DNA of 64,000 nucleotides from an uncultured Sphingomonadaceae bacterium (GTDB taxonomy: Bacteria > Pseudomonadota > Alphaproteobacteria > Sphingomonadales > Sphingomonadaceae): contig CALMVA010000083.1 of the NCBI GenBank assembly GCA_937873035.1, positions 18,884 through 82,883 on the forward strand, written 5' to 3'. Under the pieces are notes generated by a model. It was not told where the DNA came from and searched no databases. It worked only from the letters and a program-made list of their open reading frames with translations. Position 1 is the first letter of the stretch; the number at the start of each line of letters is the position of its first letter. The position numbers and the translations under genes are program-made. Positions 19,988-30,318 of the stretch are shown here, one piece after another.

Positions 19988-21475
19988 TTAGCTCTTGTGG
20001 CCCTTCAGCTCGTCGCCGGTGAGACGGACGACGTGGAGCACATTGGTGGAGCCCGGCGTTCCGAAGGGCACGCCCGCCATCACGATCACGCGGTCGCCGC
20101 CTTTGGCAAGGCCGTGGCGCAGCGCCATGCGCTTGGCCTTGGCGACCATCTCTTCAAAGGAAGATACGTCGCGGGTGTGAACCGAGTGCGCTCCCCAGAG
20201 CAGGCCAAGCTGGCGCGCCGTGCTCATCTTGGGCGTCAGCACGACAACCGGCACCGCCGGGCGCTCACGCGAAATGCGCCGCGCGGTCGAGCCGGATGTG
20301 GTGTAGCAGATGATCGCCTTGGCAGAGACGGTGCGGGCGATGTCGAACGCGGCGGCAGAAAGCGCATCCGCCGTCGTCGGGTCGGCCTTGGTCTGGGTGA
20401 AGTGAAGGCGTGCGCCATAGCCCTTGTCCGCCTCGACGCTGAGCGCGATGCGCTCCATCATCGCGACGGCTTCTTCCGGCCAGTCACCGGCGGCACTTTC
20501 CGCCGAAAGCATGATCGCGTCTGCACCATCATAAATGGCGGTCGCCACGTCAGACACTTCGGCGCGCGTTGGCGTGGGAGCCTTGATCATCGATTCGAGC
20601 ATTTGCGTCGCGACAATCACGGGCTTGCCGAGTTCACGCGCCACTTCCACGATGCGCTTTTGCGCGGGCGGCACGGCTTCGGGCGGAAGCTCGACCCCCA
20701 GATCGCCACGCGCGACCATCACCGCATCGGCCAGTTCAAGAATACCTTCCAGCCGCTCCAGCGCCGAGGGCTTTTCAATTTTCGCAAGCAAGGCCGCCTT
20801 GCCGCCAATCAGCCGCCGCGCTTCGGCCAGATCATCCGGGCGCTGCACAAAAGACAGCGCAATCCAGTCTGCCCCCTGATCGATGGCAAAGGCGAGGTCT
20901 GAGCGGTCCTTTTCCGTGAGCGCGGCCAGCGGCACCACCACATCGGGCACGTTAAGCCCCTTGTGATTGGAGAGCGCGCCGCCGACTTCCACCTTGGTCG
21001 CAATGCTCGTCGCGCCCAGCTCCATCACGCGCAGCACGAGCTTGCCATCATCGAGCAGCAGCCGCGAGCCGACTTCAAGCGCGTGGAACACCTCGCGATG
21101 CGGCAGGCACACACGGCGCGTGTCACCGGGGGTGGGATCAAGATCAAGCGTAAAGCTTTGCCCGGTTTTCAGATCCACCCGCTCATCCGCAAAGGTGCCA
21201 ACGCGCAGCTTGGGGCCTTGAAGATCGACAAGGATGGTCGTCGGGCGGCCATGCAGCTTTTCAAGCGCGCGGATCGACTGGAAAATCTCGGCGCGATCAG
21301 CCTGTGTGCCGTGGCTCATGTTGATGCGGAAGGCGTCGGCACCCGCGCGAAACAGCTTGCCGATCATTTCGGGGCTGCGGCTTGCCGGGCCAAGGGTTGC
21401 GAGGATACGGACTTTGCGGCCACGGGGTGGCAGGTAATCGGTCAAGAATTCACTCCACTTCTCGTCGTCAGCCAT
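19988..21475 (-). CDS. pyk: Pyruvate kinase
   Basis: ATLGPAS, RINMSHG, DLQGPKLR, AKIEK, MVARGDLGVE, ATQMLESM, MLSAESA. Confidence 0.97.
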   Translation of the reverse strand: MADDEKWSEFLTDYLPPRGRKVRILATLGPASRSPEMIGKLFRAGADAFRINMSHGTQADRAEIFQSIRALEKLHGRPTTILVDLQGPKLRVGTFADERVDLKTGQSFTLDLDPTPGDTRRVCLPHREVFHALEVGSRLLLDDGKLVLRVMELGATSIATKVEVGGALSNHKGLNVPDVVVPLAALTEKDRSDLAFAIDQGADWIALSFVQRPDDLAEARRLIGGKAALLAKIEKPSALERLEGILELADAVMVARGDLGVELPPEAVPPAQKRIVEVARELGKPVIVATQMLESMIKAPTPTRAEVSDVATAIYDGADAIMLSAESAAGDWPEEAVAMMERIALSVEADKGYGARLHFTQTKADPTTADALSAAAFDIARTVSAKAIICYTTSGSTARRISRERPAVPVVVLTPKMSTARQLGLLWGAHSVHTRDVSSFEEMVAKAKRMALRHGLAKGGDRVIVMAGVPFGTPGSTNVLHVVRLTGDELKGHKS

Positions 21476-21512
21476 AGCGGCTAATGACAGGCAATCAAAC
21501 CAGGGCGATCAT

Positions 21513-21821
21513 ATGAAGGAGGCCCCGCACATGAACATAGACCAGCTTGATGACGCTACGGCAGCAATAGCGTTCCGCCGCCTTGTCCGCCACCTCCAAC
21601 ATCGGACGGATGCCCAGAATGTTGATCTGATGGGCCTTGCGGGCTTTTGCCGCAACTGTCTGGGAGACTGGATTGCCGAGGCAGGCGATATGCCGAAAGA
21701 CGATGGCCGCGCCATTGTTTACGATATGCCCTATGCCGAATGGAAAGCCCGGCACCAATTGCCAGCGAGTGAAGAGCAATTGGCCCGCATGGCCGAAAGC
21801 CAGAAGAAAAACGCGCACTGA
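21513..21821 (+). CDS. DUF1244 family protein
   Basis: AFRRLVRHL…DAQNVDLMGLAGFCRNCL…YDMPYAEWK. Confidence 0.82.
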   Translation: MKEAPHMNIDQLDDATAAIAFRRLVRHLQHRTDAQNVDLMGLAGFCRNCLGDWIAEAGDMPKDDGRAIVYDMPYAEWKARHQLPASEEQLARMAESQKKNAH

Positions 21822-21967
21822 CGCTGCGGGATCATCGCGCGCATCATCCGCCGATGGATGGATGGCGCTTGTTCGTTTTCCGCGATTTCCAAGCCGTTCG
21901 GTGTTTCCACCTCACGCGAAACCGCTATAGAGCCCCGCAACGCCCATAATGCGGAGTCTGACACCCA

Positions 21968-22654
21968 ATGCCCACGCTTGTTCTCATTCGCCACGGCCAG
22001 TCTGCCTGGAACCTTGAAAACCGCTTTACCGGCTGGTGGGATGTCGATGTGACCGAAAAGGGCGCAGGCGAAGCGCGCGCGGCAGGTGTGCTGATGCGCG
22101 ACAAGGGGCTGGATTTTGATGCCTGCTTCACCTCGCTCCAGACACGCGCGATCAAGACGCTCAATCTCGCGCTTGAAGAGATGGGCCGATTGTGGCTGCC
22201 GGTTGAAAAGGACTGGCGCCTGAACGAGCGTCACTATGGCGGCCTGACCGGGCTCGACAAGGCCGAAACGGCGGCCAAGCATGGCGACGATCAGGTGAAG
22301 ATCTGGCGTCGCAGTTTTGACGTGCCGCCGCCGCCGCTTGAAGCGGGCAGCCCCTATGACCTTTCGGCAGACCGCCGCTATGCCGGCATCAAAGTGCCCG
22401 CGACCGAAAGCCTGAAGGACACCATCGCCCGTGTGCTGCCCTATTGGGAAAGCCGCATCGCGCCCGAACTCAAGGCCGGCAAGCGCGTTCTGATTTCAGC
22501 GCACGGCAATTCGCTGCGCGCGCTCGTCAAGCACCTCTCGAACATTCCCGATGATGAGATTACGGGCCTTGAAATCCCGACTGGCCAGCCGATCGTTTAT
22601 GATCTTGCCGACGATCTGACGGCCAAGGACCGCTACTACCTCTCGGAACGCTGA
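21968..22654 (+). CDS. gpmA: 2,3-bisphosphoglycerate-dependent phosphoglycerate mutase
   Basis: [34 protein letters not shown]. Confidence 0.97.
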   Translation: MPTLVLIRHGQSAWNLENRFTGWWDVDVTEKGAGEARAAGVLMRDKGLDFDACFTSLQTRAIKTLNLALEEMGRLWLPVEKDWRLNERHYGGLTGLDKAETAAKHGDDQVKIWRRSFDVPPPPLEAGSPYDLSADRRYAGIKVPATESLKDTIARVLPYWESRIAPELKAGKRVLISAHGNSLRALVKHLSNIPDDEITGLEIPTGQPIVYDLADDLTAKDRYYLSER

Positions 22655-23277
22655 TCCGCCTTTGCCATATACATTGCGGCATCGGCCCGGCCGATGGCAC
22701 TGTCCACAGTGTCGTCGGCGCGGATCATGGTGAGCCCCCAGGAGAGCTTGAGCCGCACACGCGCACTGCCCAGATTGACGACATCGTCCGCAAGGCTCGC
22801 CACCAGCGCCTCAACGCGAAGCCGCGCATCATTTTGCGAGGCCTGATCGAGGATCAGCGCAAACTCATCCCCCGCCACCCGCGCCGCAAGGTCTGTGCTG
22901 CGAAAGGCGGCGGTGAGCCGGTTGGCCAGGTGCAAAAGCGCCGCATCGCCTGCCAGATGGCCATGGTCATCATTGATCTTCTTGAGGCCATCAAGATCCA
23001 TGTAAACCAGCGCGCATTGCGTTTCATGCCGCCCGACCAGCCGGATGGACCGTTCCAGCGCGCGAAGAAAAGCGCGCCGATTGGCCAGCGGCGTCAAAGT
23101 ATCGGTATCGGCAAGCTGTTCCAGCTCCACGATTTTTAAGCGCAAAGCATCAATCTCGGCAAGCAGGGCCGCGTTTTCTTGCACGAGAGAATTACCCCCC
23201 ATGCTATTCGCCAGAGCTGACTTCATTTTTCGGGTCGCAATCTTTGTTGGCTCCCGCATGGAGCGGGAACGACTCAA
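22636..23277 (-). CDS. GGDEF-domain protein with N-terminal coiled coil
   Basis: [37 protein letters not shown] (AGDEF variant); start uncertain. Confidence 0.88.
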   Translation of the reverse strand: MSRSRSMREPTKIATRKMKSALANSMGGNSLVQENAALLAEIDALRLKIVELEQLADTDTLTPLANRRAFLRALERSIRLVGRHETQCALVYMDLDGLKKINDDHGHLAGDAALLHLANRLTAAFRSTDLAARVAGDEFALILDQASQNDARLRVEALVASLADDVVNLGSARVRLKLSWGLTMIRADDTVDSAIGRADAAMYMAKADQRSER

Positions 23278-23403
23278 ACTTTACTTGGCTCAGCGAGTCG
23301 CAGCAACTGACAAAGCCGTAATGCGCGCAGATGCGTTGCGCTTGGCGCGACACATGGCTAAGGCCCTTGGGCCTTGGGGCAATTACAGGGCGAAGCCAGC
23401 GAT

Positions 23404-23892
23404 ATGACCGCATCCGCGCCGACAATCGGCATCATCATGGGCAGCCAGTCCGACTGGGCGACGATGTGCCATGCGTCTGAAATTCTGGCCGCACTTCATA
23501 TTCCGCACGAAACCAAAATCGTCTCGGCACACCGCACGCCGGAGCGCCTGTTTGACTATGCCAAATCGGCCAAGAGCCGCGGCATCAAGGTTATCATCGC
23601 AGGCGCAGGCGGTGCAGCGCACCTGCCGGGCATGGCCGCCTCGATGACGGCACTTCCGGTCCTCGGCGTGCCCGTTGAATCAAAAGCTCTGAGCGGCATG
23701 GATAGCCTGCTCTCCATCGTCCAGATGCCCGGCGGCGTTCCCGTTGGCACGCTCGCCATTGGCAAGGCGGGGGCAACCAACGCCGGGCTGATGGCCGCAT
23801 CGATCCTCGCGCTCAATGATGACGCCCTTGCAGAGCGGCTTGCCGCATGGCGCAAGGCGCAGACCGACAGCGTGGCGACCGACCCCGCATGA
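23404..23892 (+). CDS. purE: N5-CAIR mutase
   Basis: [34 protein letters not shown]. Confidence 0.97.
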   Translation: MTASAPTIGIIMGSQSDWATMCHASEILAALHIPHETKIVSAHRTPERLFDYAKSAKSRGIKVIIAGAGGAAHLPGMAASMTALPVLGVPVESKALSGMDSLLSIVQMPGGVPVGTLAIGKAGATNAGLMAASILALNDDALAERLAAWRKAQTDSVATDPA

Positions 23893-24965
23893 GCGCACTT
23901 CCTCCCGGTTCCACAATTGGCATCATCGGCGGCGGGCAGCTTGCCCGGATGCTGAGCATGGCGGCAGCCCAGCTGGGCTATCGCTGCTTCATCTACGCGC
24001 CGGAAGACAGCGGCCCTGCCGCGGATGTCTGCGCCAAATGGGTGCAGGGCGACTATGCCGATGAAGCCGCCCTGACGACCTTTGCCCGTTCGGTCGATGT
24101 CGTCACCTTCGAGTTTGAGAATATCGACCCCGCTCCGCTGCGCCGCATTGCGGAAAAAGCGACGCTGTTTCCGCCCATTGACGCGCTGGAAATCGGGCAG
24201 GACCGCCTGCGCGAAAAGTCCTTTGCCACGGATTGCGGTGGCCGGACCGCCGAATGGGCCAAGGTGGAAAGCCGTGAAGAGCTCGCCGCCGCCATCGAGA
24301 AGATCGGCACGCCCGCCATCCTGAAAACAACGCGCTTCGGCTATGACGGCAAAGGGCAGGCGCGCATCGCCAGCCCCGCCGATGCCGACACGGCGTGGGA
24401 GGCGCTGTCGGGTGCGGGCACGCTTATCCTTGAGCAGATGGTGCGCTTCCAGCACGAATTTTCACTCATCATCGCGCGTGACCGGCAAGGCAGCATCGCC
24501 TTTTGGGATGCGCCGGAAAATGTCCACAAGGATGGTATCCTCGCCATCTCGACCGTGCCCGCCGACCCCAAAGTGGCAGAGCAGGTGCCCGCCGCGCGCG
24601 CACTGGCCCGCAAAATTGCCGAAAAGCTCAGCTATGTCGGTGTTTTCGCAATCGAGTTCTTTGCGAGCGCAGATGGGCCGGTCTTCAACGAAATGGCACC
24701 GCGCGTCCATAATTCGGGCCATTGGACCATTGAAGGCGCAATTGCCTCGCAGTTTGAAAACCATATCCGCGCCGTGGTCGGCCTTCCGCTCGCCTCCACC
24801 CGGCTGGCAGCACCCCGCGTCGAAATGCGCAACCTGATCGGCGCAGACGCCGACCGCTGGCTCGAATGGGCGTCTGATCCGCTCTCGCACCTTCATTTAT
24901 ATGGCAAGCACGAAGCGCGCGCCGGGCGCAAAATGGGGCACATCACCCGACTTTCGGATCATTGA
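23889..24965 (+). CDS. purK: N5-CAIR synthase
   Basis: [40 protein letters not shown]. Confidence 0.96.
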   Translation: MSALPPGSTIGIIGGGQLARMLSMAAAQLGYRCFIYAPEDSGPAADVCAKWVQGDYADEAALTTFARSVDVVTFEFENIDPAPLRRIAEKATLFPPIDALEIGQDRLREKSFATDCGGRTAEWAKVESREELAAAIEKIGTPAILKTTRFGYDGKGQARIASPADADTAWEALSGAGTLILEQMVRFQHEFSLIIARDRQGSIAFWDAPENVHKDGILAISTVPADPKVAEQVPAARALARKIAEKLSYVGVFAIEFFASADGPVFNEMAPRVHNSGHWTIEGAIASQFENHIRAVVGLPLASTRLAAPRVEMRNLIGADADRWLEWASDPLSHLHLYGKHEARAGRKMGHITRLSDH

Positions 24966-24968
24966 CGC

Positions 24969-25214
24969 GTGAGCGGGCCGTGGTTTGCACCCAAACGCTA
25001 CGGCCTTGGCTCCGGCCTTCCGCTCACATGGCAGGGCTGGGCGCTTTACGGCGCGATGGCCGCAGGCTGTGCGCTTGTTGCAGCATTGTCTGACGCGCAC
25101 AGCCGGGCGCGCACCATCGGCCTTCTCGTCTGTCTGTTGGCCCCGATGCCGCTGATCGCGCTCAAAACGCGCGGTGGCTGGCGCTGGCGCTGGCGCTGGG
25201 GTGATGCGGACTAG
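24969..25214 (+). CDS. Small membrane protein (2 TM), unknown function
   Basis: WFAPKRYGLG…PLTWQGW…KTRGGWRWRW; GTG start just after purK. Confidence 0.65.
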   Translation: MSGPWFAPKRYGLGSGLPLTWQGWALYGAMAAGCALVAALSDAHSRARTIGLLVCLLAPMPLIALKTRGGWRWRWRWGDAD

Positions 25215-25238
25215 TGGGCCCTGCAATCCGCCCCTCCT

Positions 25239-25350
25239 CCGTTTGTGCTGAGCTTGTCGAAGCACTGCTCTTCTGGACATCGCAAACCACAGAAAAGGAC
25301 AGCCGTTGACCTTCGGTCGCCTTCGGCCCCGACAAGCTCAGGGCGGACGG
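25239..25350. repeat. REP-like element, family B (CTGAGCTTGTCG / CGACAAGCTCAG)
   Basis: 25300-25350 matches the reverse complement of 32282-32332 at 50/51 nt; a partial copy lies near 17459-17490. Confidence 0.85.
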
Positions 25351-25382
25351 AGTAAATTGAGAGTGCCTCGCTCTAAGGCGCT

Positions 25383-26300
25383 TCACTCGTCGCCATAAAT
25401 CGCAACGCACCGCGCCCCATCCGATCCGGCAAGGCCGCGATAGAGGCTCGCCGTGTTGAAGCTCCACCCCGCCGCGCCCGCAGGTGCCGCGAAGATCACC
25501 CCGCCCGATCCACCAAGCGCGCCCATATCGGCAATCGCGGCATCGGCGGCGGCTTGGGGCGCTTCACCTGCCAGACGGATGCGCGCGCCCATCTCATGCC
25601 CCACAACCGCGCGGATGAAGCTTTCTCCATGCCCCGTGGCAGACACGGCACAAGCGCGATCATCGGCATAGGTGCCAGCACCAATCACCGGACTGTCGCC
25701 GACCCTGCCCCAACGCTTGCCCGTCAGCCCGCCGGTTGACGTGGCCGCCGCGACATGGCCTGCGGCATCCACCGCGACCGCACCAATGGTGCCAAACTTC
25801 ACATCGGCATCAAAGCCATCGCCGGGCCGCGCCAATACGCGCTCCAGCTGCGCCCGGCGCTCTGGCGTTTCAAACCAGTCCTGACCCACGCGGGCAGCGC
25901 CACAGGAGGTGGCAAAATCCTCCGCGCCCTTGCCGGCGAGCAGCACGTGCGGGCTTTGCGTCATCACGGCGCGCGCAAGGCTCACCGGGTTGCGCACAGT
26001 TGTGACACCCGCCACTGCCCCGGCCCGCCGATCACGCCCGTCCATGATCGCGGCATCAAGTTCAATCGTCCCCTCGCGCGTCAGCACAGCGCCCCGCCCG
26101 GCGTTGAACGCGGGATCATCTTCCAGCACGCGCGCGGCGGCTTCAACCGCGTCGAGCGCGCTGCCGCCTGCCTCCAGAATAGCTGCGCCAGCGTCGAGCG
26201 CGGCGGCCAGACCGTGGCGGATCGCCGCCTCGCCGTCTTCCGTCAACATTCCACGCGTGATTGATCCCGCGCCGCCATGAACGACCAGCTTCCAGCTCAT
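25383..26300 (-). CDS. Isoaspartyl peptidase / L-asparaginase (Ntn hydrolase)
   Basis: VVHGGAG, FNAGRG, GTIGAVA, ATSTGG, GRVGDSP, SATGHGE. Confidence 0.94.
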   Translation of the reverse strand: MSWKLVVHGGAGSITRGMLTEDGEAAIRHGLAAALDAGAAILEAGGSALDAVEAAARVLEDDPAFNAGRGAVLTREGTIELDAAIMDGRDRRAGAVAGVTTVRNPVSLARAVMTQSPHVLLAGKGAEDFATSCGAARVGQDWFETPERRAQLERVLARPGDGFDADVKFGTIGAVAVDAAGHVAAATSTGGLTGKRWGRVGDSPVIGAGTYADDRACAVSATGHGESFIRAVVGHEMGARIRLAGEAPQAAADAAIADMGALGGSGGVIFAAPAGAAGWSFNTASLYRGLAGSDGARCVAIYGDE

Positions 26301-26309
26301 ATGCGTGGC

Positions 26310-26861
26310 TCAAAACCGCGCGGCGAAGGTGACGCCGCCGCCATGCGCATCACCCCAGGGGATGAGCGCCGCCTGCCGCTCGGCAGGGCGCTGGCGCGTG
26401 ATGAGCAGCCCCGCCGCCGTGCCAATGCCTGCACCCACGGCAACGTCGGACCAATAATGCTTCTTGCCTTCCACCCGCGCGACGCCAACGAAACTGGCGA
26501 CGACAAAGGCCGGGATGCCAACAGCCAGCCCCTGCCGGTTGGCAAGCGAGGCAGCAGCGGCAAAGGCATTTGACGTGTGGCCGGAGGGAAAGCTCTTGCG
26601 GTCGCTGCCATCGGGCCGGGTTTTGGGGAAGGCTTCCTTCAGGCCCGTTGCGACCAGCGTCGCCGCCCCGATAGAGCCTGCCGCCTGCAAAGCGCCCTGA
26701 TTGTCGCCCTGCACAAGCGGCAGGCCGATGGAAACCGCCATCAGCGAATAGACGCCGACATCACTTGCCGTCTGCCAGCCCTTGGGACTGGCCTGGGCGG
26801 GCGCGGCGGCAAGCGCCGTCGCGGCAAGAGCTGCGGGGAGAACAATGCGCAATCGCGTCAT
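26310..26861 (-). CDS. PAP2 family phosphatase
   Basis: K…RP, SFPSGH, ARVEGKKHYWSDV. Start refined to ATG 26861. Confidence 0.88.
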   Translation of the reverse strand: MTRLRIVLPAALAATALAAAPAQASPKGWQTASDVGVYSLMAVSIGLPLVQGDNQGALQAAGSIGAATLVATGLKEAFPKTRPDGSDRKSFPSGHTSNAFAAAASLANRQGLAVGIPAFVVASFVGVARVEGKKHYWSDVAVGAGIGTAAGLLITRQRPAERQAALIPWGDAHGGGVTFAARF

Positions 26862-26862
26862 C

Positions 26863-28131
26863 TCAGCCGTCCCGTGCGACCATCTTGGCGCGGAACGCAA
26901 AATCCACCGTGACATTGCCGGATACGGTGTCAGTGCCCGCAAACTGGCCGGTGCCAACGCCGAAATCGCGGCGATCAAAGGTCGCGGTGCCATTGGCGCG
27001 GGCATCCTTGCCCTTGATGTCGAGCGAGAAGGCGAGCGCCACGGGCTTGGAGACGCCCTTGATCTGAAGCGCGCCGCGCGCCTCATAGCGGTTGCCGCCC
27101 TTCGCGCGGATGCGATCTGCGGTGAAGCGGGCGGTCGGATGCGCTGCGCCAAAGAAATCATCGCCGTGCAACATATCGTCGCGCCCGGCGTCGCCACTGT
27201 TGACCGAGGCGAGGCTGATTGTCGCGCGGATCGAGGATTTATCGAGCTGGTCGGGATCAAAGGCGATGGCCGCATCCCATTTGCCAAAGCTGCCAGACAC
27301 GGCCTCACCATTGACCGTCACCTTGAAGCCAAGGCGACCGCCGGGCGTGACTTTCCACGCAGGCGCGACCCTGGACGCTTCCTCTTCCTCCTCAACGGCG
27401 GCGACCTGCGTGTTCTGCGCCGCGTCTGCCAGCGCAGGCACAGCGGCGGCGGGCGCGTCTTGCTTTGCCTGCTGGAAGTCGGGGAGCGTTTCACCCGGTT
27501 CCGCCGCAGCTGGGGCGGGCCAGTTCTTGCCGGCCACAAAGGCCACGGCGAGCGAGGCGACGAGCAGCACCATGCCCAGCACCCCCACGCGGCGCACGGG
27601 CACCATCCGTTCGACCAGCGCATCCTTCAACATGAACTGGTGACGCACCGCACCGACAAGGTGGAGCGCCAGCAGCGGGATCATCAGCTTGGCAACAATC
27701 TCGTGCAGCTCTTCGGCCACTTCATGCACATCACGCCCCTGCACCGGCAGATGCGGCCACGGGATGGTGCCAAACAGCAAGGTCGGCAACTGGACCCGCG
27801 CGGTTGAAACAAGCGCCCAGCCCGACAGCGGCACAAGGATCATCACCGCGTAAAAGCCCCAATGCACCGCGCTCGAAAGGAATTGCGCAATGTCGCTATC
27901 CTGCGCCTTGGCCGGGCGCCTGGTGAAGAAGCGCAAGCCCAGCCGCCACAGCGACAGCAGCAGAATCGTGATCCCCACCGATTTATGAAGCTGCATCACC
28001 CAGAAGAGTTCCGCCCCCCGCTTCAGATGCTCGGTGCGCTCCCCCAGCGCAAAGTTGAACACAAGGGCGAGCGCAATTGCCCAGTGCAAAAGCATGGCGG
28101 TGCGCGAATAGCGGATGGCTTGGTCTGTCAT
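26863..28131 (-). CDS. Cytochrome b561-YceI fusion
   Basis: LLHW, LHKSVGITIL, PLSGW, ELHE, LHLVGAVRH; Ala/Glu linker; YceI domain FDPDQL…RDDML…FDRRDFGVG. Confidence 0.85.
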   Translation of the reverse strand: MTDQAIRYSRTAMLLHWAIALALVFNFALGERTEHLKRGAELFWVMQLHKSVGITILLLSLWRLGLRFFTRRPAKAQDSDIAQFLSSAVHWGFYAVMILVPLSGWALVSTARVQLPTLLFGTIPWPHLPVQGRDVHEVAEELHEIVAKLMIPLLALHLVGAVRHQFMLKDALVERMVPVRRVGVLGMVLLVASLAVAFVAGKNWPAPAAAEPGETLPDFQQAKQDAPAAAVPALADAAQNTQVAAVEEEEEASRVAPAWKVTPGGRLGFKVTVNGEAVSGSFGKWDAAIAFDPDQLDKSSIRATISLASVNSGDAGRDDMLHGDDFFGAAHPTARFTADRIRAKGGNRYEARGALQIKGVSKPVALAFSLDIKGKDARANGTATFDRRDFGVGTGQFAGTDTVSGNVTVDFAFRAKMVARDG

Positions 28132-28280
28132 GCGCACGATCATGGTGGATGGCGCAGGCCGCGAAAAGCCCAAAATGAACATGGCGATCATGCCGCAGTG
28201 CAAAAAATTCCCTTTGCACGCGCAATTTTTGCCGTCAGCATAGGGCAATCCAGATCAGACCATAACAGGGAGTCGTCTCA

Positions 28281-29393
28281 ATGGACCGCCTCATTCCGCT
28301 GTCGGAATTTCGCCAGAACCGCCGCTCGATCCTCAAGAGCCTTGGTGCCGCCGCTGTCGGGATCAGCTTTGCAGGCGCATTGGGCGCGTGCGGCAGCAAG
28401 GAAAAGGCGACAGGCGGCACGGGTGAGGAACCCAAGCTCAACTTCTACAATTGGGACACCTATATCGGCGAGACGACACTTGATGACTTCAAGGATGCGA
28501 GCGGCATCAACGTCAATATGTCGCTCTTTGCGACCAATGATGAGCTGTTCGCCAAGCTGCGCGCGGGCAACCCCGGCTTTGACGTGATCGTGCCCTCCAA
28601 CGACTTTGTCGAGCGCCTGTCACGGGCAAACCTCCTGCTGCCGCTTGACCATGCGCAAATCCCGAACATCAAAAATGTCGACCCGGCCTTTATTGATGTC
28701 GCTTATGATCCGGGCCGCAAATTCTCCATGCCCTATACATGGCTGGTGCTGGGCATCGGCTATCGCAAGTCCAAGATGAAGGCCAAGCCCGACAGCTGGA
28801 AGCCGCTCTTTGACTCCGACGAATATAAGGGCCGTATCTCGGTGCTGTCGGAAGCGGGCGATATGTTCCGCCTCTACGGCAAATATCTGGGCAAATCGGT
28901 CAACAGCCTCACGCCCGATGATCTCAAGGCCATCGAAGCGATGATGATTAAGCAAAAGCCCAACATCAAGGCTTTCCATGAAGATAACGGGCAAGATCTG
29001 CTGCTGTCGGGCGAGGTCGATCTGGTGCTCGAATATAATGGCGACATCGCGCAGGTGATGAAGGAAGATGATGATCTGGACTTCATCATTCCCAAGGAAG
29101 GCAGCCAGCTCAATTCAGATACACTGTGCATCCCCAAGGGTGCGCCGCACCCCAAAAATGCGCACGCCTTCATCAACTATCTGCTCGATGCCGAAGCCGG
29201 CAAGAAGATCGCCGAAACGATCCTCTTCCCCACGCCCAATGCGGCCGCAAAGGCGCTGATGCCCGACAGCTACAAGAAGAACACCGTCATCTTCCCGCCA
29301 GACAACCTGCTGGCGAAGTGCGAATACGCCGCCTATAACGAGACATTGCAGCCGCTTTACGAGGAAGCCTTTACGCGCGTGCGCGCCGCCTGA
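28281..29393 (+). CDS. Spermidine/putrescine ABC transporter substrate-binding protein (PotD/PotF family)
   Basis: NFYNWDTYI, FATNDELFAKL, FDVIVPS, PKEGS; RR motif plus LGAC lipobox. Confidence 0.92.
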   Translation: MDRLIPLSEFRQNRRSILKSLGAAAVGISFAGALGACGSKEKATGGTGEEPKLNFYNWDTYIGETTLDDFKDASGINVNMSLFATNDELFAKLRAGNPGFDVIVPSNDFVERLSRANLLLPLDHAQIPNIKNVDPAFIDVAYDPGRKFSMPYTWLVLGIGYRKSKMKAKPDSWKPLFDSDEYKGRISVLSEAGDMFRLYGKYLGKSVNSLTPDDLKAIEAMMIKQKPNIKAFHEDNGQDLLLSGEVDLVLEYNGDIAQVMKEDDDLDFIIPKEGSQLNSDTLCIPKGAPHPKNAHAFINYLLDAEAGKKIAETILFPTPNAAAKALMPDSYKKNTVIFPPDNLLAKCEYAAYNETLQPLYEEAFTRVRAA

Positions 29394-29415
29394 TCGCGAC
29401 GGCGAGGTGGGGACC

Positions 29416-30318
29416 ATGCAGGACTGGAAACAACATAAAGCGACATTCGGGGCGATTTCCCTCGGCCCGGTGCTGTGGCTGGCGATATTCTTCATCGCGC
29501 CGCTCGCCATCGTCTGGGCATATAGTTTCGGGCGCAATGCCGGGCTGACCGAAATCGACATTTCGGGCACTTTTTCCAACTATGCCCGCGCGCTGGAACC
29601 GCTTTATCTTGAAATCTTCGGCAAATCGGTGGCGGTCGCGGCGATCACCACCTTCATCTGCCTGATCGTCGGCTTTCCGATTGCGCTCGGCATCACCTTT
29701 GCCAGCCCGCGCGCGCGGCCATGGATGCTTCTGGCCATCATGCTGCCCTTCTGGACCAACCTGCTCATCCGCACCTATGCGCTTATCACCGTGCTGCGCA
29801 CCGAAGGCTATGTGAACAAGTCGCTCGGCTGGCTGTGGGAGAGTGCGAGCGGCCTCAAGGCGCTTGTCGGCCTTGCGCCGCTTTCGGCATGGGAGCCGCT
29901 GCCGCTGCTCTACAATAATTTCGCGGTCATTTTCGGGCTGGTCTACGTCCATCTGCCCTTCATGGTGCTGCCGCTTTATGCAGCACTCGACCGGCTCGAC
30001 AAATCGCTCATCGAGGCGAGCCTTGATCTGGGCGCAGGCCATTTCCGCACGATCACGCAAATCGTGGCACCGCTTGCCGCCCCCGGCATTATTTCGGGCA
30101 TCATCATCACCTTCGTGCCAGCCCTTGGCGCCTATCTGACGCCCGATCTGATGGGCGGGCCAGACAGTCAGATGATCGCCAATGTCATCGAGCGACAGTT
30201 CAAGCGCGCCAATGACTGGCCTTTTGGCGCCGCGCTCTCCTTCCTGCTGATGTATGCGACCTTCATCCTCATCGCGTTGCAGGCGCTGCGCAATCGCAAG
30301 GCAGAGACGCGGGCATGA
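29416..30318 (+). CDS. potB: Polyamine ABC permease (PotB family)
   Basis: LPFWTNLLIRTYA, LPFMVLPLY, EASLDLGA. Confidence 0.9.
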   Translation: MQDWKQHKATFGAISLGPVLWLAIFFIAPLAIVWAYSFGRNAGLTEIDISGTFSNYARALEPLYLEIFGKSVAVAAITTFICLIVGFPIALGITFASPRARPWMLLAIMLPFWTNLLIRTYALITVLRTEGYVNKSLGWLWESASGLKALVGLAPLSAWEPLPLLYNNFAVIFGLVYVHLPFMVLPLYAALDRLDKSLIEASLDLGAGHFRTITQIVAPLAAPGIISGIIITFVPALGAYLTPDLMGGPDSQMIANVIERQFKRANDWPFGAALSFLLMYATFILIALQALRNRKAETRA

